In this document: one piece after another, positions 54,512-63,068 of the stretch
How the letters are laid out: each line of letters opens with the position of its first letter
Numbering within the stretch: position 1 is the stretch's first letter
From: Bacteroidota bacterium
GTDB lineage: Bacteria > Bacteroidota > Ignavibacteria > UBA10030 > SZUA-254
Assembly: GCA_033854175.1 (NCBI GenBank)
Contig: JAWOKN010000056.1
Coordinates: 3,736-67,735, forward strand
DNA: 64,000 nucleotides
Reading direction: 5' to 3'
The notes under the pieces: generated by a model
Database searches by the model: none
What the model saw: the letters and a program-made list of their open reading frames with translations, nothing else
Told to the model about the DNA's origin: nothing
Made by a program: the position numbers and the translations under genes

Positions 54512-55588
54512 TCATTCCAAAGGTTTTCTCTTTCGCACCTCTTTCAGGGCAGCCTTGACCATTTTACCAAACTGCTTATCCTTCCTACGCCGTTCGGCAT
54601 AGGACATCTGATAAAACGCCGACTCCTTCATCAATTTGAGATAATTCTGGTATCGTTCTTTATCCAGCGCCCCCTCTTCGACAGCCTTAAGAACTGCGCA
54701 GCCGGCTTCCCTCGTATGCGTGCAATCCCTGTATTTGCAGTTCGCGGCGAGTTCGCTTATTTCAGAGAAGCTCGAATCGATGCCCGCGTCGGCTGCCATC
54801 ACGCCCAATTCGCGCATCCCGGGAGTATCGATGAGAAGGGCGCCGGTATCAAGTACGCTGAGCTGGCGCCGGGCGGTGGTATGCCTTCCCCTCCCGTCCT
54901 TCTCGCGGACGGGATGAGTTTCAAACTCATCACGGCCCAGCAGATGGTTCAAAAGTGTCGTTTTGCCGACCCCTGAGGAGCCAAGCATACAATAGGTCCT
55001 TGACCGCTCGAGCAATTCCCGGATCGTCCCCAGCCCGTCGCCCGTGGTGTTACTAAATGCAATAACCGGGGCACTGATATGAGCGTTCTTGATCTCCAGA
55101 GCATATTGTTCCAGTTCTCCGGCCTGAACGAGATCCGATTTACTCAAGAGAATCACCGGTCTGATCCGGCCTTCATGAACCATGACAAGATACCGTTCCA
55201 TCCGCCGGACATTAAAATTTGCATCACACGATTGCATGATAAACGCAACGTCGATATTCGAAGCAATCATCTGATATTCAACTTTTTTCCCGGCCGCTTT
55301 CCGGCGCAGGAAAGACTTCCTCGGCAACACTTCATGGATGATTGCGAGTGAATCCTCATTATAATAATCCGCAAGCACCCAATCCCCCACACACGGGAGG
55401 TCCTGGCCCGAGTCCGCCGAAAAAAGAAGATTCCCCGTCACCTCCGCCTGAACCTCCGATCGTTCGTTCAGGACAAGGTACCGATCACGGTCGACCCTCG
55501 TTACGCGCGCAACATGTAAATCAGGCTTCTTCAGCGCATCCCTTCGCTCCCGAAACCAGCCATCAAATCCGAGTTCAGACAGTTTCAT
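54512..55588 (-). CDS. rsgA: Ribosome small-subunit-dependent GTPase A
   Basis: Circularly permuted GTPase: LLSKSDL, GSSGVGKTTLLNHL, RGRHTT, IDTPGMRE. It has the C-terminal zinc motif C-x-YRDCTHTREAGCAV. Confidence 0.92.
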   Translation of the reverse strand: MKLSELGFDGWFRERRDALKKPDLHVARVTRVDRDRYLVLNERSEVQAEVTGNLLFSADSGQDLPCVGDWVLADYYNEDSLAIIHEVLPRKSFLRRKAAGKKVEYQMIASNIDVAFIMQSCDANFNVRRMERYLVMVHEGRIRPVILLSKSDLVQAGELEQYALEIKNAHISAPVIAFSNTTGDGLGTIRELLERSRTYCMLGSSGVGKTTLLNHLLGRDEFETHPVREKDGRGRHTTARRQLSVLDTGALLIDTPGMRELGVMAADAGIDSSFSEISELAANCKYRDCTHTREAGCAVLKAVEEGALDKERYQNYLKLMKESAFYQMSYAERRRKDKQFGKMVKAALKEVRKRKPLE

Positions 55589-55653
55589 AGGTTGTTCTCA
55601 CGATCGGACCAAAGAATATACGGTGCACATACTTGCCGGGGCAAGATGCTATA

Positions 55654-56076
55654 TCAGAAATACTTGACTTTGAAATCGAGGACCTCCAACCGCGAAGGAC
55701 GTCCCCTGTTGTTTCGAGCATTTTCCATTTCCCGGGAAAAGAAATCCTTATCGAGGCCATTCTTCTCAACTATGGATATCAGCCATTGCTCTTCATCCGC
55801 ATGGATTACTTCATGATCGACGAAAGCGAGATGGAGCCCGTCCTTGACAAACTTGACAGCCAATTCCTTCGAAGAGAACGCCGGCGGTGCATCCTCGATA
55901 TAGGGATTGTCAAGAATCTCATGGATGGCATTGTCGCAAAACTCCTTTTCGAAACCGAGGGATTTGCCGATGCTTTTCATCAGATCGATCTCAGGCTGAG
56001 TGATTTGCCGGTCCTTTCTTATGAGTAAGAGAAGACCTCTGAAATAATTACTCGCGTCAATAATATCAAGTTTCAT
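55654..56076 (-). CDS. TerB-like helical protein
   Basis: ASNYFRGLLLLIRKDRQITQPEIDLMKSIGKSLGFEKEF...FVDHEVIHADEEQWLISIVEKNGL shows two pseudo-repeats typical of TerB-like co-chaperone domains. The assignment is tentative. Confidence 0.5.
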   Translation of the reverse strand: MKLDIIDASNYFRGLLLLIRKDRQITQPEIDLMKSIGKSLGFEKEFCDNAIHEILDNPYIEDAPPAFSSKELAVKFVKDGLHLAFVDHEVIHADEEQWLISIVEKNGLDKDFFSREMENARNNRGRPSRLEVLDFKVKYF

Positions 56077-56381
56077 TGCGCACCCGACCCACGGAATTGA
56101 CGGTCACCGGTCTTTTCACCTGCAATACCAGACACCTTTCGAAAACTTTAACGTCATCCCGATCGTCTCAGTTATGATTCCGGGAAATTAGATACATGGA
56201 AAGAACGCCCGCCCCCGATGATAGGCTAATTTACAAAATCGTTAAGGGAAAAGAAACCCCGGATCAGGCATAAAGACATCCCGGGCAGAGATAAGTATCT
56301 GTTGTTCTACGATATGCGCGGTAACGATATTGATGAAAATAAGGGTGTAAATCATTATCCTCCCGGCGAGGAAAATCCATA

Positions 56382-58472
56382 TTATTTCACGAGCAGCATT
56401 GTTTCTGTCTTCGTATACTCTCCCGCCTGCAAGCGGTAGAAATAAGGTCCACTCGGCAACTCCGCGGCACTGAATGTTCTCGCATAGACCCCGGCCGCCA
56501 ACCTCTCCCTGTCGATCATCGTCCCCACCAGCTGACCCAGCAGATTAAACACCTTCAACGTAACGACCGATTGTTTCGGAAGGCCAAACGCAATTGTGGT
56601 TGATGGGTTAAAGGGATTGGGATAATTTCGCGACAGATAAAATCGCGCTGGCAGGGGATCGTGGGCGGGTTCAATCCCCGTCATCATCTCCGACAATGGA
56701 CGTCTCCACACCCCGCTCGTCACCGTTCCTGCGAAAAGGTTTCCATTATTCACAGCAAAAGCATAAACCGTCGTATTCGGCATTCCCAGATTGACCTGGG
56801 TCCAGTACACCCCGTCGTTCGTCGAAAGAAAAATCCCGCTGTCACTTCCCGCAAAGATATTCAACACGCCCCCTCCCTGAATCGTCAAGAGCGACCTTAT
56901 GTTGAAATTTGTCAGGCCTGAATCGGCAGGAACCCAGCTCCCACCGTTATTCGTTGAACAAAAAACCCCCCCGCCCAGTGTGCCGGCAAAAAGGCGTGTT
57001 TCGGTACCGGCAAGAGCGCGCACGTCCAGATTCGACAGATTTGAACTGACATCGGTCCAGCTCGTTCCATTATTTGTGGAGAGGAAAACGCCACCGCCGG
57101 ATGTCCCTGTAAACAAATTTGTCCCCCCGCCCCCGTCGGGGACAACGGCAAACGAGCGTATTATGGAATTCGTCAGGCCAGAATCGGCCGCACTCCAGCT
57201 CGTTCCATTATTCGTCGAGAGAAACACGCCGCCTCCGGAGCTACCCGCAAAGACAGTGCCACCGCTCACAGCGAGGGAACTGAAGAGGGGATAGATCAGG
57301 CCCGAATCAACAGGGATCCATTCCGTCCCATTATTGGTGGAGAGAAAAACCCCGCTGCGCGCTGCGGCAAAGAGATTCGTACCGCTCGACGCAAGGGCGG
57401 AGATATACACGTCGTACAGTCCGGAACTCGCCGGGGACCAGTTCAACCCGCCGTCGGTGGTGCGAAATACGCCGTTACCGGATGTTCCCGCGAAAACATT
57501 TATTCCATCGGAGGAAAGAGCCCTCACCGAGGTATTCGTCAGACCTGAGCTGGCAGAGCTCCAGCTTGTCCCATCATCCGTGGAAAGATAGACCCCACCG
57601 CCATACGTGCCGGCAAAAAGATTCGTTCCGTTGACGGCAATCGAATAGACCGAACCGTTGATCAAACCCGAATCCACCGACACCCAGTTTTTCCCGCTGT
57701 TTGTTGACCGGAAGACGCCAGTACCGCCGCCTGCGTACAACGCCGTCCCTTTTGAAGCAAGAGTTCTAACATACGGATTCCATAAATCTGAATCGGCGCG
57801 GGTCCAATTTTGACCGTTATTGGTGGAAACACATACACCGCCGCCCCAGGTACCGGCAAAAAGATATGAACCGCTGACGGTCAGGGTACCCACTTGGGAA
57901 TTTGTCAGTCCGGAGTTAACAGCAGTCCAGGCGGATCCGTTGTTCGTAGAACGAAAAACCCCATTGTTCATCGTCCCGGCAAATATGTTCACCCCGTTGA
58001 CACCGAGGGCAAGAATGGATGAATCGGTCAATCCTCCGCTCGCAGACGTCCAGGTAAGCCCATTATTGGTCGACCGGAAGACTCCGCTCCCGGATGTTCC
58101 CGCGAAGATACTCGTTCCATTCACAGCCAGGGACGATACAAACATGTTCCAGAGGCCGGAATTCCGTCCGGTCCATGTCGCCCCGTTATCCGTGGAAAGA
58201 AAAACACCGCCTCCGCGGGTACCCGCAAAGATATTCGTGCCGCTCAGGGCGAATGAATAGACATACATACTGCTCAGACCAGAGGGAGTCCACGTCGAGC
58301 CGGTATTTGTGGAATGAAAAATCCCGTTATCAGTCCCCGCGAAAAGATCTGCACCATTAACGGCTATGGCATACACATCGCCGCCAAAGGGACCGTTCGT
58401 CTGCACCCATTGAGCTTCAAGCTGATTCACCACAAAAGAGAATAAACACAGAAATGATACCATTCGCAGCAT
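56382..58472 (-). CDS. Secreted 13-repeat BNR/Asp-box-like beta-propeller protein with T9SS C-terminal sorting domain
   Basis: ATG 58472 is preceded by AAGGAGGG and gives the signal peptide MLRMVSFLCLFSFVVNQLEAQ. There are thirteen units of the type GVF-x-STNNG-x-x-W-x(6)-GL-x(10)-G-x-x-(L/I)FAGT. The C-terminus reads NYPNPFNPSTTIAFGLP...GPYFYRLQAG...MLLVK. Confidence 0.85.
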   Translation of the reverse strand: MLRMVSFLCLFSFVVNQLEAQWVQTNGPFGGDVYAIAVNGADLFAGTDNGIFHSTNTGSTWTPSGLSSMYVYSFALSGTNIFAGTRGGGVFLSTDNGATWTGRNSGLWNMFVSSLAVNGTSIFAGTSGSGVFRSTNNGLTWTSASGGLTDSSILALGVNGVNIFAGTMNNGVFRSTNNGSAWTAVNSGLTNSQVGTLTVSGSYLFAGTWGGGVCVSTNNGQNWTRADSDLWNPYVRTLASKGTALYAGGGTGVFRSTNSGKNWVSVDSGLINGSVYSIAVNGTNLFAGTYGGGVYLSTDDGTSWSSASSGLTNTSVRALSSDGINVFAGTSGNGVFRTTDGGLNWSPASSGLYDVYISALASSGTNLFAAARSGVFLSTNNGTEWIPVDSGLIYPLFSSLAVSGGTVFAGSSGGGVFLSTNNGTSWSAADSGLTNSIIRSFAVVPDGGGGTNLFTGTSGGGVFLSTNNGTSWTDVSSNLSNLDVRALAGTETRLFAGTLGGGVFCSTNNGGSWVPADSGLTNFNIRSLLTIQGGGVLNIFAGSDSGIFLSTNDGVYWTQVNLGMPNTTVYAFAVNNGNLFAGTVTSGVWRRPLSEMMTGIEPAHDPLPARFYLSRNYPNPFNPSTTIAFGLPKQSVVTLKVFNLLGQLVGTMIDRERLAAGVYARTFSAAELPSGPYFYRLQAGEYTKTETMLLVK
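56385..56645 (-). other. T9SS C-terminal sorting domain of the repeat protein
   Basis: RFYLSRNYPNPFNPSTTIAFGLPKQSVVTLKVFNLLGQLVGTMID...SGPYFYRLQAGEYTKTETMLLVK. Confidence 0.8.
56690..58400 (-). repeat. Tandem coding repeats (~41-47 aa period, 13 copies)
   Basis: The motif S-T-(N/D)-(N/D/G)-G-x-x-W recurs 13 times at a regular spacing of roughly 125-140 nt. Confidence 0.8.
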
Positions 58473-58629
58473 AAACCCTCCTTGCACCATGCATTTGACC
58501 CATGAGATCGGAAATAAACAGTAACCCCTCTGCCCCCGGGAATTTACATCTGCAATCCACCATTATACTACGGGACGAACATGGAAGTTCCACGGATAGG
58601 AAAATATTTTTCACGCCCATGAAGCTTTG

Positions 58630-58660
58630 ATAAAAGGCACGCCTGCCGCCTCTCAGGCGT
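58630..58660 (-). terminator. Rho-independent terminator after the nucleotidyltransferase gene
   Basis: The minus strand reads ACGCCTG-agaggcgg-CAGGCGT followed by GCCTTTTATC. Confidence 0.65.
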
Positions 58661-58665
58661 ATGTG

Positions 58666-59586
58666 TCAGTGGGAAACTATCTTTAATCCCAGCAGCTCGA
58701 CATCCCTGCGGATCCTATGCTCCTCACCCCAATCGCTCCAGAAGACATCGCCCACCTCGAGGACATAAAAATCCCTCTTGATGCGTTCCAGAAACGCAAG
58801 AGAAAAGTTCACCGAGGGAATCATCCTAAATATCCGCTGAAGGACGGCAGTCTCGTCCGGGGTTCCGAGGGCGGATTTCAGTTCAAAGAACGCTTCATAA
58901 ATGTCGGGGAGTAAAATTTCAAAATGCTGGAGAAACGTTCCGACGTTCCCGACGAGCACCATACTATTCCAGAGATGGCCCTTTTCGTGCAGGCGACCGA
59001 CAACATCAATGGAAGGCTTCTCGATAAAATCCCTGACATGGAAGAGGTTTTTATTCCTATGGGTGGCGATTTTTTCCCCCTTCTCGATCCACCCGTAATT
59101 TTCGTCGGGGTACTGCGGAGCAATACCAAGCGCGATCAGGTGATGAGGAAACCTCGCCGCATGCTGCAGGGCATATTCGATATAGCCCATAAAGCGGACC
59201 TCCTCGAGAATAAAATGGTCTGAGGGAAATATCACGACAAACGCATCCGGATCACGGTTATAGACAGCCAGAAGCGGCAAAAGAATACCGGGGCCGGTTT
59301 CCCGGCAGCACGGCTGAATGATGAGAGTTGACGGAGGCTGGTCGCACAAATCACCCTTCACATAGGGAACATGTGCCTGATCGATAATCGTAAGAATCTG
59401 GTTTACGGGAAAAAGAAGGCGCACGCGGTCCAGGGTATGTCGCAGCATCGACCGCTTTCCGATGATGGTGGCAAACTGTTTCGGGCGGTCGTCGCCGTGC
59501 AACGCGCGGATAAAGCCCTTCAGCCTGCGTCCCTCGCCCCCGGCAAGAATGATTGCCCATGAACGTGTGGTATCACTCACTGACAA
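58666..59586 (-). CDS. Sugar-phosphate nucleotidyltransferase (mannose-1-phosphate guanylyltransferase-like)
   Basis: WAIILAGGEGRRLKGFI is the G-x-G-x-R NTP-transferase loop. At 306 aa it has no isomerase/cupin domain. Confidence 0.75.
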   Translation of the reverse strand: MSVSDTTRSWAIILAGGEGRRLKGFIRALHGDDRPKQFATIIGKRSMLRHTLDRVRLLFPVNQILTIIDQAHVPYVKGDLCDQPPSTLIIQPCCRETGPGILLPLLAVYNRDPDAFVVIFPSDHFILEEVRFMGYIEYALQHAARFPHHLIALGIAPQYPDENYGWIEKGEKIATHRNKNLFHVRDFIEKPSIDVVGRLHEKGHLWNSMVLVGNVGTFLQHFEILLPDIYEAFFELKSALGTPDETAVLQRIFRMIPSVNFSLAFLERIKRDFYVLEVGDVFWSDWGEEHRIRRDVELLGLKIVSH

Positions 59587-59728
59587 TGTTCCCTGATTAT
59601 GTTACGGCAACGTTAACCAACCCCCGATCAAACTGCCATTACCCCTTATGCGAGTAAAATATACCATCGCATGCCGAATTTTGCAACTCCCGGGTGAGGA
59701 ACAGCACGGCGTCAACCGCCGAATCCGC

Positions 59729-59759
59729 AAAAAAATAGCCGGTTCAGACATGAACCGGC
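59729..59759 (-). terminator. Rho-independent terminator after the radical SAM gene
   Basis: The minus strand reads GCCGGTTCA-tgtc-TGAACCGGC (9-bp stem) followed by TATTTTTTTG. Confidence 0.75.
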
Positions 59760-59791
59760 CAAGGCGGGGGTTTAGCCCCGGGGGGGACAAC

Positions 59792-61033
59792 CTAGAGAGT
59801 GCTATTCCCGTTCCCCTTCGGGACGCACTGAACCCAGCATCCGAAATTCTTCAATTCCTCAAGGCGGCACGACCAGACAATCTCATTATTCCAGACGGTG
59901 ACATCGGGGCAGCCGTCGCACATATTCTGGCCGCCGTTCGGCATGAAGTCAATAGGCTGGATAATCATGACAGACTGATAGTGGAGACCGCGGAAGAGGA
60001 TTGCAGGACTGGTGAATAATTTCCTGAAAAACCGGCCGGTAATCCTCCGCACGCCCTCATCAAACGGGGAAAGAAGCATCATCGCGCGTCCCCGCCGGGT
60101 ATCCTTCGGTCCGGAATAGGCCAGATAGCGCCCTTTGATCAAATGATGTCCGGTCTGGATAATCTCCATAAACTTCGGGCCGACATAGCCGAGGATGCCG
60201 TCCTTCTTCGTACCGACGCGGCCCGTCAGCAGCCACTTGAACGAATCGGGTTTCTCGGTCCCGTTAAGATACGCGCAGGGGTCGAATTCCGGAAACTTCT
60301 CCCGGATGGTTTTCACCACCTCAGGAGACTGAAGCGCGATATTCCGGGCGGAAGTTTCGGTATAGACCAGTTTCTGCACATCGATTTTCTTGCCCCCGGC
60401 ATACCAGTCAAACGGAAGGGCAGGGATAGCGGCGCGGTAGAGGATAAAGACGATGACATTGACGATATCGATATGCTCCTCGGCCCACTTCACCATTTCC
60501 GGAACATACTGGAGGGTATCCTCATACACGGTCGAATTAAACGCGCAGGAGAAACCGCCCACCTCGGCGAGCATTTCGGCAAGCTGCAGGCGGAATTCAT
60601 TGAGCTCGAGTTCATTCTTATTCTTCCATTTCGGGCGACCCTGTTTGCTGTCGATATGGAAGGTAAAGCCGAACGCCCCGGCGCGTTTCAGATCCAGCAG
60701 GAGCTCCTTCGTCAGCAGCTGACCGTTTGTATTCACAATCGGCTTCATCCCCATCTCGGCGACCATCTCGACGATATCGAGGATCTGGGGATGCATCAGG
60801 GGATCGCCGCCGGCGATCGAAACACCGTCCGCGGTACGGAGGCGGCGGAACGTCTTCAGCTCCTCGCGGACCTCATTGAGCGTCTTGTGGCTGTTCGGTA
60901 CATTCTCCCGGTAGCACCCGTCGCACGCAAGATTGCATGCGGATGTCGGTTCCAGCCAAACGATGGCGTTATCCGGCAGGGTCCAGGGCAAACGGTACAG
61001 GTACCGGTGATCGATAACCGATGGTTCAGTCAT
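59792..61033 (-). CDS. Radical SAM enzyme with long Cys-rich C-terminal extension, function unknown
   Basis: PTSACNLACDGCYREN (CX3CX2C), SIAGGDPLMHP, NTNGQLL. The C-terminal ~200 aa end with C-x2-C-x13-C-x9-C-x3-C (NMCDGCPDVTVWNNEIVWSCRLEELKNFGCWVQC). Confidence 0.85.
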   Translation of the reverse strand: MTEPSVIDHRYLYRLPWTLPDNAIVWLEPTSACNLACDGCYRENVPNSHKTLNEVREELKTFRRLRTADGVSIAGGDPLMHPQILDIVEMVAEMGMKPIVNTNGQLLTKELLLDLKRAGAFGFTFHIDSKQGRPKWKNKNELELNEFRLQLAEMLAEVGGFSCAFNSTVYEDTLQYVPEMVKWAEEHIDIVNVIVFILYRAAIPALPFDWYAGGKKIDVQKLVYTETSARNIALQSPEVVKTIREKFPEFDPCAYLNGTEKPDSFKWLLTGRVGTKKDGILGYVGPKFMEIIQTGHHLIKGRYLAYSGPKDTRRGRAMMLLSPFDEGVRRITGRFFRKLFTSPAILFRGLHYQSVMIIQPIDFMPNGGQNMCDGCPDVTVWNNEIVWSCRLEELKNFGCWVQCVPKGNGNSTL

Positions 61034-61077
61034 GACAACCCCCTTGAAAAAGAATCAGACATACATGATACGAACGC

Positions 61078-61992
61078 TTAATTCATCTGAAGCTGATTAT
61101 GTTCCGCCATGATAATGCCGAGTGCCACTGAGAGGAGCTTTGCATCGGACTTATCCGCCCGTGACGGAATAAGAACGGGAACCCTGCCGCCCACGATAAC
61201 ATGGGCGAGCCGGAGGCCCGCAAAAAACGTAGTACTTTTGGCCAGGCTGTTGGCCGATTCAATATTCGCCGCGATAAGAATCTCCGCGTGGCCGGCGACA
61301 GGTGAATTGATCCTCTTCTCGGCGGCAGCCTCCTCCGAGATCGCGTTATCGAGCGCAAAAGGCCCGTCCACGATGCATCCCTTGATCTGCCCGCGTTCGT
61401 TCATCTTCGAGAGAGCGGCCGCATCAAGCGTCGACGGAAGGTTCGGAAGAACGAACTCCGTAGCCGACAACACGGCCACCTTGGGATTTTCGTTTCCGAG
61501 GGCGTGGGCGACCTCGACGGCGTTGGCGATCAGCTCCATCTTGTTCTTCAGGTCGGGGGCAAGCGTCATACCGCCGTCAGTAATCATAATGAACTTGTTA
61601 TCCCTGCGGGCGGGATACTCCATGATAAAAATATCCGAAAGGAGGCGGCCGGTACGCAGACCCGCATCCTCGTGCAGGACAGCCTTCATCATCGTCGAGG
61701 TATCGATCCCCCCCTTCATCAAGATATCCCCTTTACCGCCCCGGACCAGGTCGACTGTTTTCAGAAGAGCCTCGGACGGATCCGCGGCGGGGACAATCTC
61801 CACGGACCCCTCTCCGTTCAGACCCGCGGAAATCCCGTAGGGGTCACCCACAAGGACAAGATCGGCAAGATGGAGATTCAGGACATCGCGGAGGGCTGCA
61901 AACGTCTCCTCGTTATTCGGATGAACGACAACGACCTTCTTCCGGTCAAGTGTCAGGGCCTTTTTGAGCAGGTCATCAAAATTCTTAATCAT
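61078..61992 (-). CDS. ptb: Phosphate butyryltransferase / phosphate acyltransferase
   Basis: MIKNFDDLLKKALTLDRKKVVVVHPNNEETFAAL... At ~300 aa it is Pta/Ptb-family and lies immediately downstream of buk. ATG 61992 has the best RBS spacing (GGAG 7 nt upstream). Confidence 0.85.
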   Translation of the reverse strand: MIKNFDDLLKKALTLDRKKVVVVHPNNEETFAALRDVLNLHLADLVLVGDPYGISAGLNGEGSVEIVPAADPSEALLKTVDLVRGGKGDILMKGGIDTSTMMKAVLHEDAGLRTGRLLSDIFIMEYPARRDNKFIMITDGGMTLAPDLKNKMELIANAVEVAHALGNENPKVAVLSATEFVLPNLPSTLDAAALSKMNERGQIKGCIVDGPFALDNAISEEAAAEKRINSPVAGHAEILIAANIESANSLAKSTTFFAGLRLAHVIVGGRVPVLIPSRADKSDAKLLSVALGIIMAEHNQLQMN

Positions 61993-63061
61993 CGGCATAC
62001 TCCTTCGCCTTCTCCTCCCCCCGGAGAACCCGCAGGGCCCCGTCGGCGAGAGCCTGCAGTTCATCATTACCCGTCTGGACGAGAACCGGCGCTATAAACT
62101 TCACCCGATCCTCTATCCACGAGGTAAGCAGTTTTGAGTTCGCGATACCCCCGGTGAGGATAATTGCATCGACAGATCCCGACAGGACAGTGGACATGGC
62201 GCCGATCTCCTTGGAAATCTGGTACGCCATCGCGCGCAGCACCTCTTCCGCCCGGGGATCATCCTGGCCGATTCGCCGTTCGATATCGAGGACGGAATTC
62301 GTGCCGAGGTAGGCGGCGAGGCCGCCCTCGCCCATGATCATCCGGCGGACCTCCCCCTCGGAATACTTACCCGAGAAGCAGAGGCGCAGGAAAGGCTGAA
62401 GCGGGAGACCGCCGGTACGTTCGGGGGAAAACGGACCATCGCTTGCTGCATCGTTGACGTCGATAATCCAGCCTGCGAGGACGGGAGCGATGGAAATACC
62501 GCCGCCCAGGTGGCAGACGATAAACGAGGTGGAGGCGATGGGACGTTGAAACGCCCGGGCAGCCCTATAGGCGGCCGCATGGATGCTCAGGGCATGTGAA
62601 AGGCTGCTCCGCCGGATAAGAGGGTGGCCGGAATAGAAGGAGAGCGGTTCAAACTCATCGGTGGAGACAGGGTCGACCACAAACGACGGGCAGGAAAATT
62701 CCCTGCCGAGGTGATGCGCCAGTGCGCAGCCAAGGTTTGAGGCATGTTCCCCCTGAATATTCTTCCTGGCATCTGTGAGCATAGATTCGGAAACCCTATA
62801 GGTCCCTCCCGGGACAGGGCGAAGAAGGCCGCCCAGGGAAACGACAGCGGAGCAGGCCCGGGCATGTTTTTTTGCCCAGGCAGTGCAGAGGGCAAGCCGG
62901 TCCGCGAACTGGCCCCAGACAGAATCATACTTCTTCAGAAAAGCGGCGTCATGGGAAAAAGTCTCCTTTTCCGTGATGACGCCATTTGCACACAGGGCGA
63001 TCTTTGTCGAGGTAGAACCAGGGTTGACGACCAGGACTATGAGCGCTTCCGCAGGTTCCAT
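61985..63061 (-). CDS. buk: Butyrate (short/branched-chain fatty acid) kinase
   Basis: ATG 63061 gives MEPAEALIVLVVNPGSTSTKIAL... Also HASNLG and CHLGGGISI (ASKHA acetate/butyrate kinase motifs). Confidence 0.9.
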   Translation of the reverse strand: MEPAEALIVLVVNPGSTSTKIALCANGVITEKETFSHDAAFLKKYDSVWGQFADRLALCTAWAKKHARACSAVVSLGGLLRPVPGGTYRVSESMLTDARKNIQGEHASNLGCALAHHLGREFSCPSFVVDPVSTDEFEPLSFYSGHPLIRRSSLSHALSIHAAAYRAARAFQRPIASTSFIVCHLGGGISIAPVLAGWIIDVNDAASDGPFSPERTGGLPLQPFLRLCFSGKYSEGEVRRMIMGEGGLAAYLGTNSVLDIERRIGQDDPRAEEVLRAMAYQISKEIGAMSTVLSGSVDAIILTGGIANSKLLTSWIEDRVKFIAPVLVQTGNDELQALADGALRVLRGEEKAKEYADD

Positions 63062-63068
63062 AAGAATT

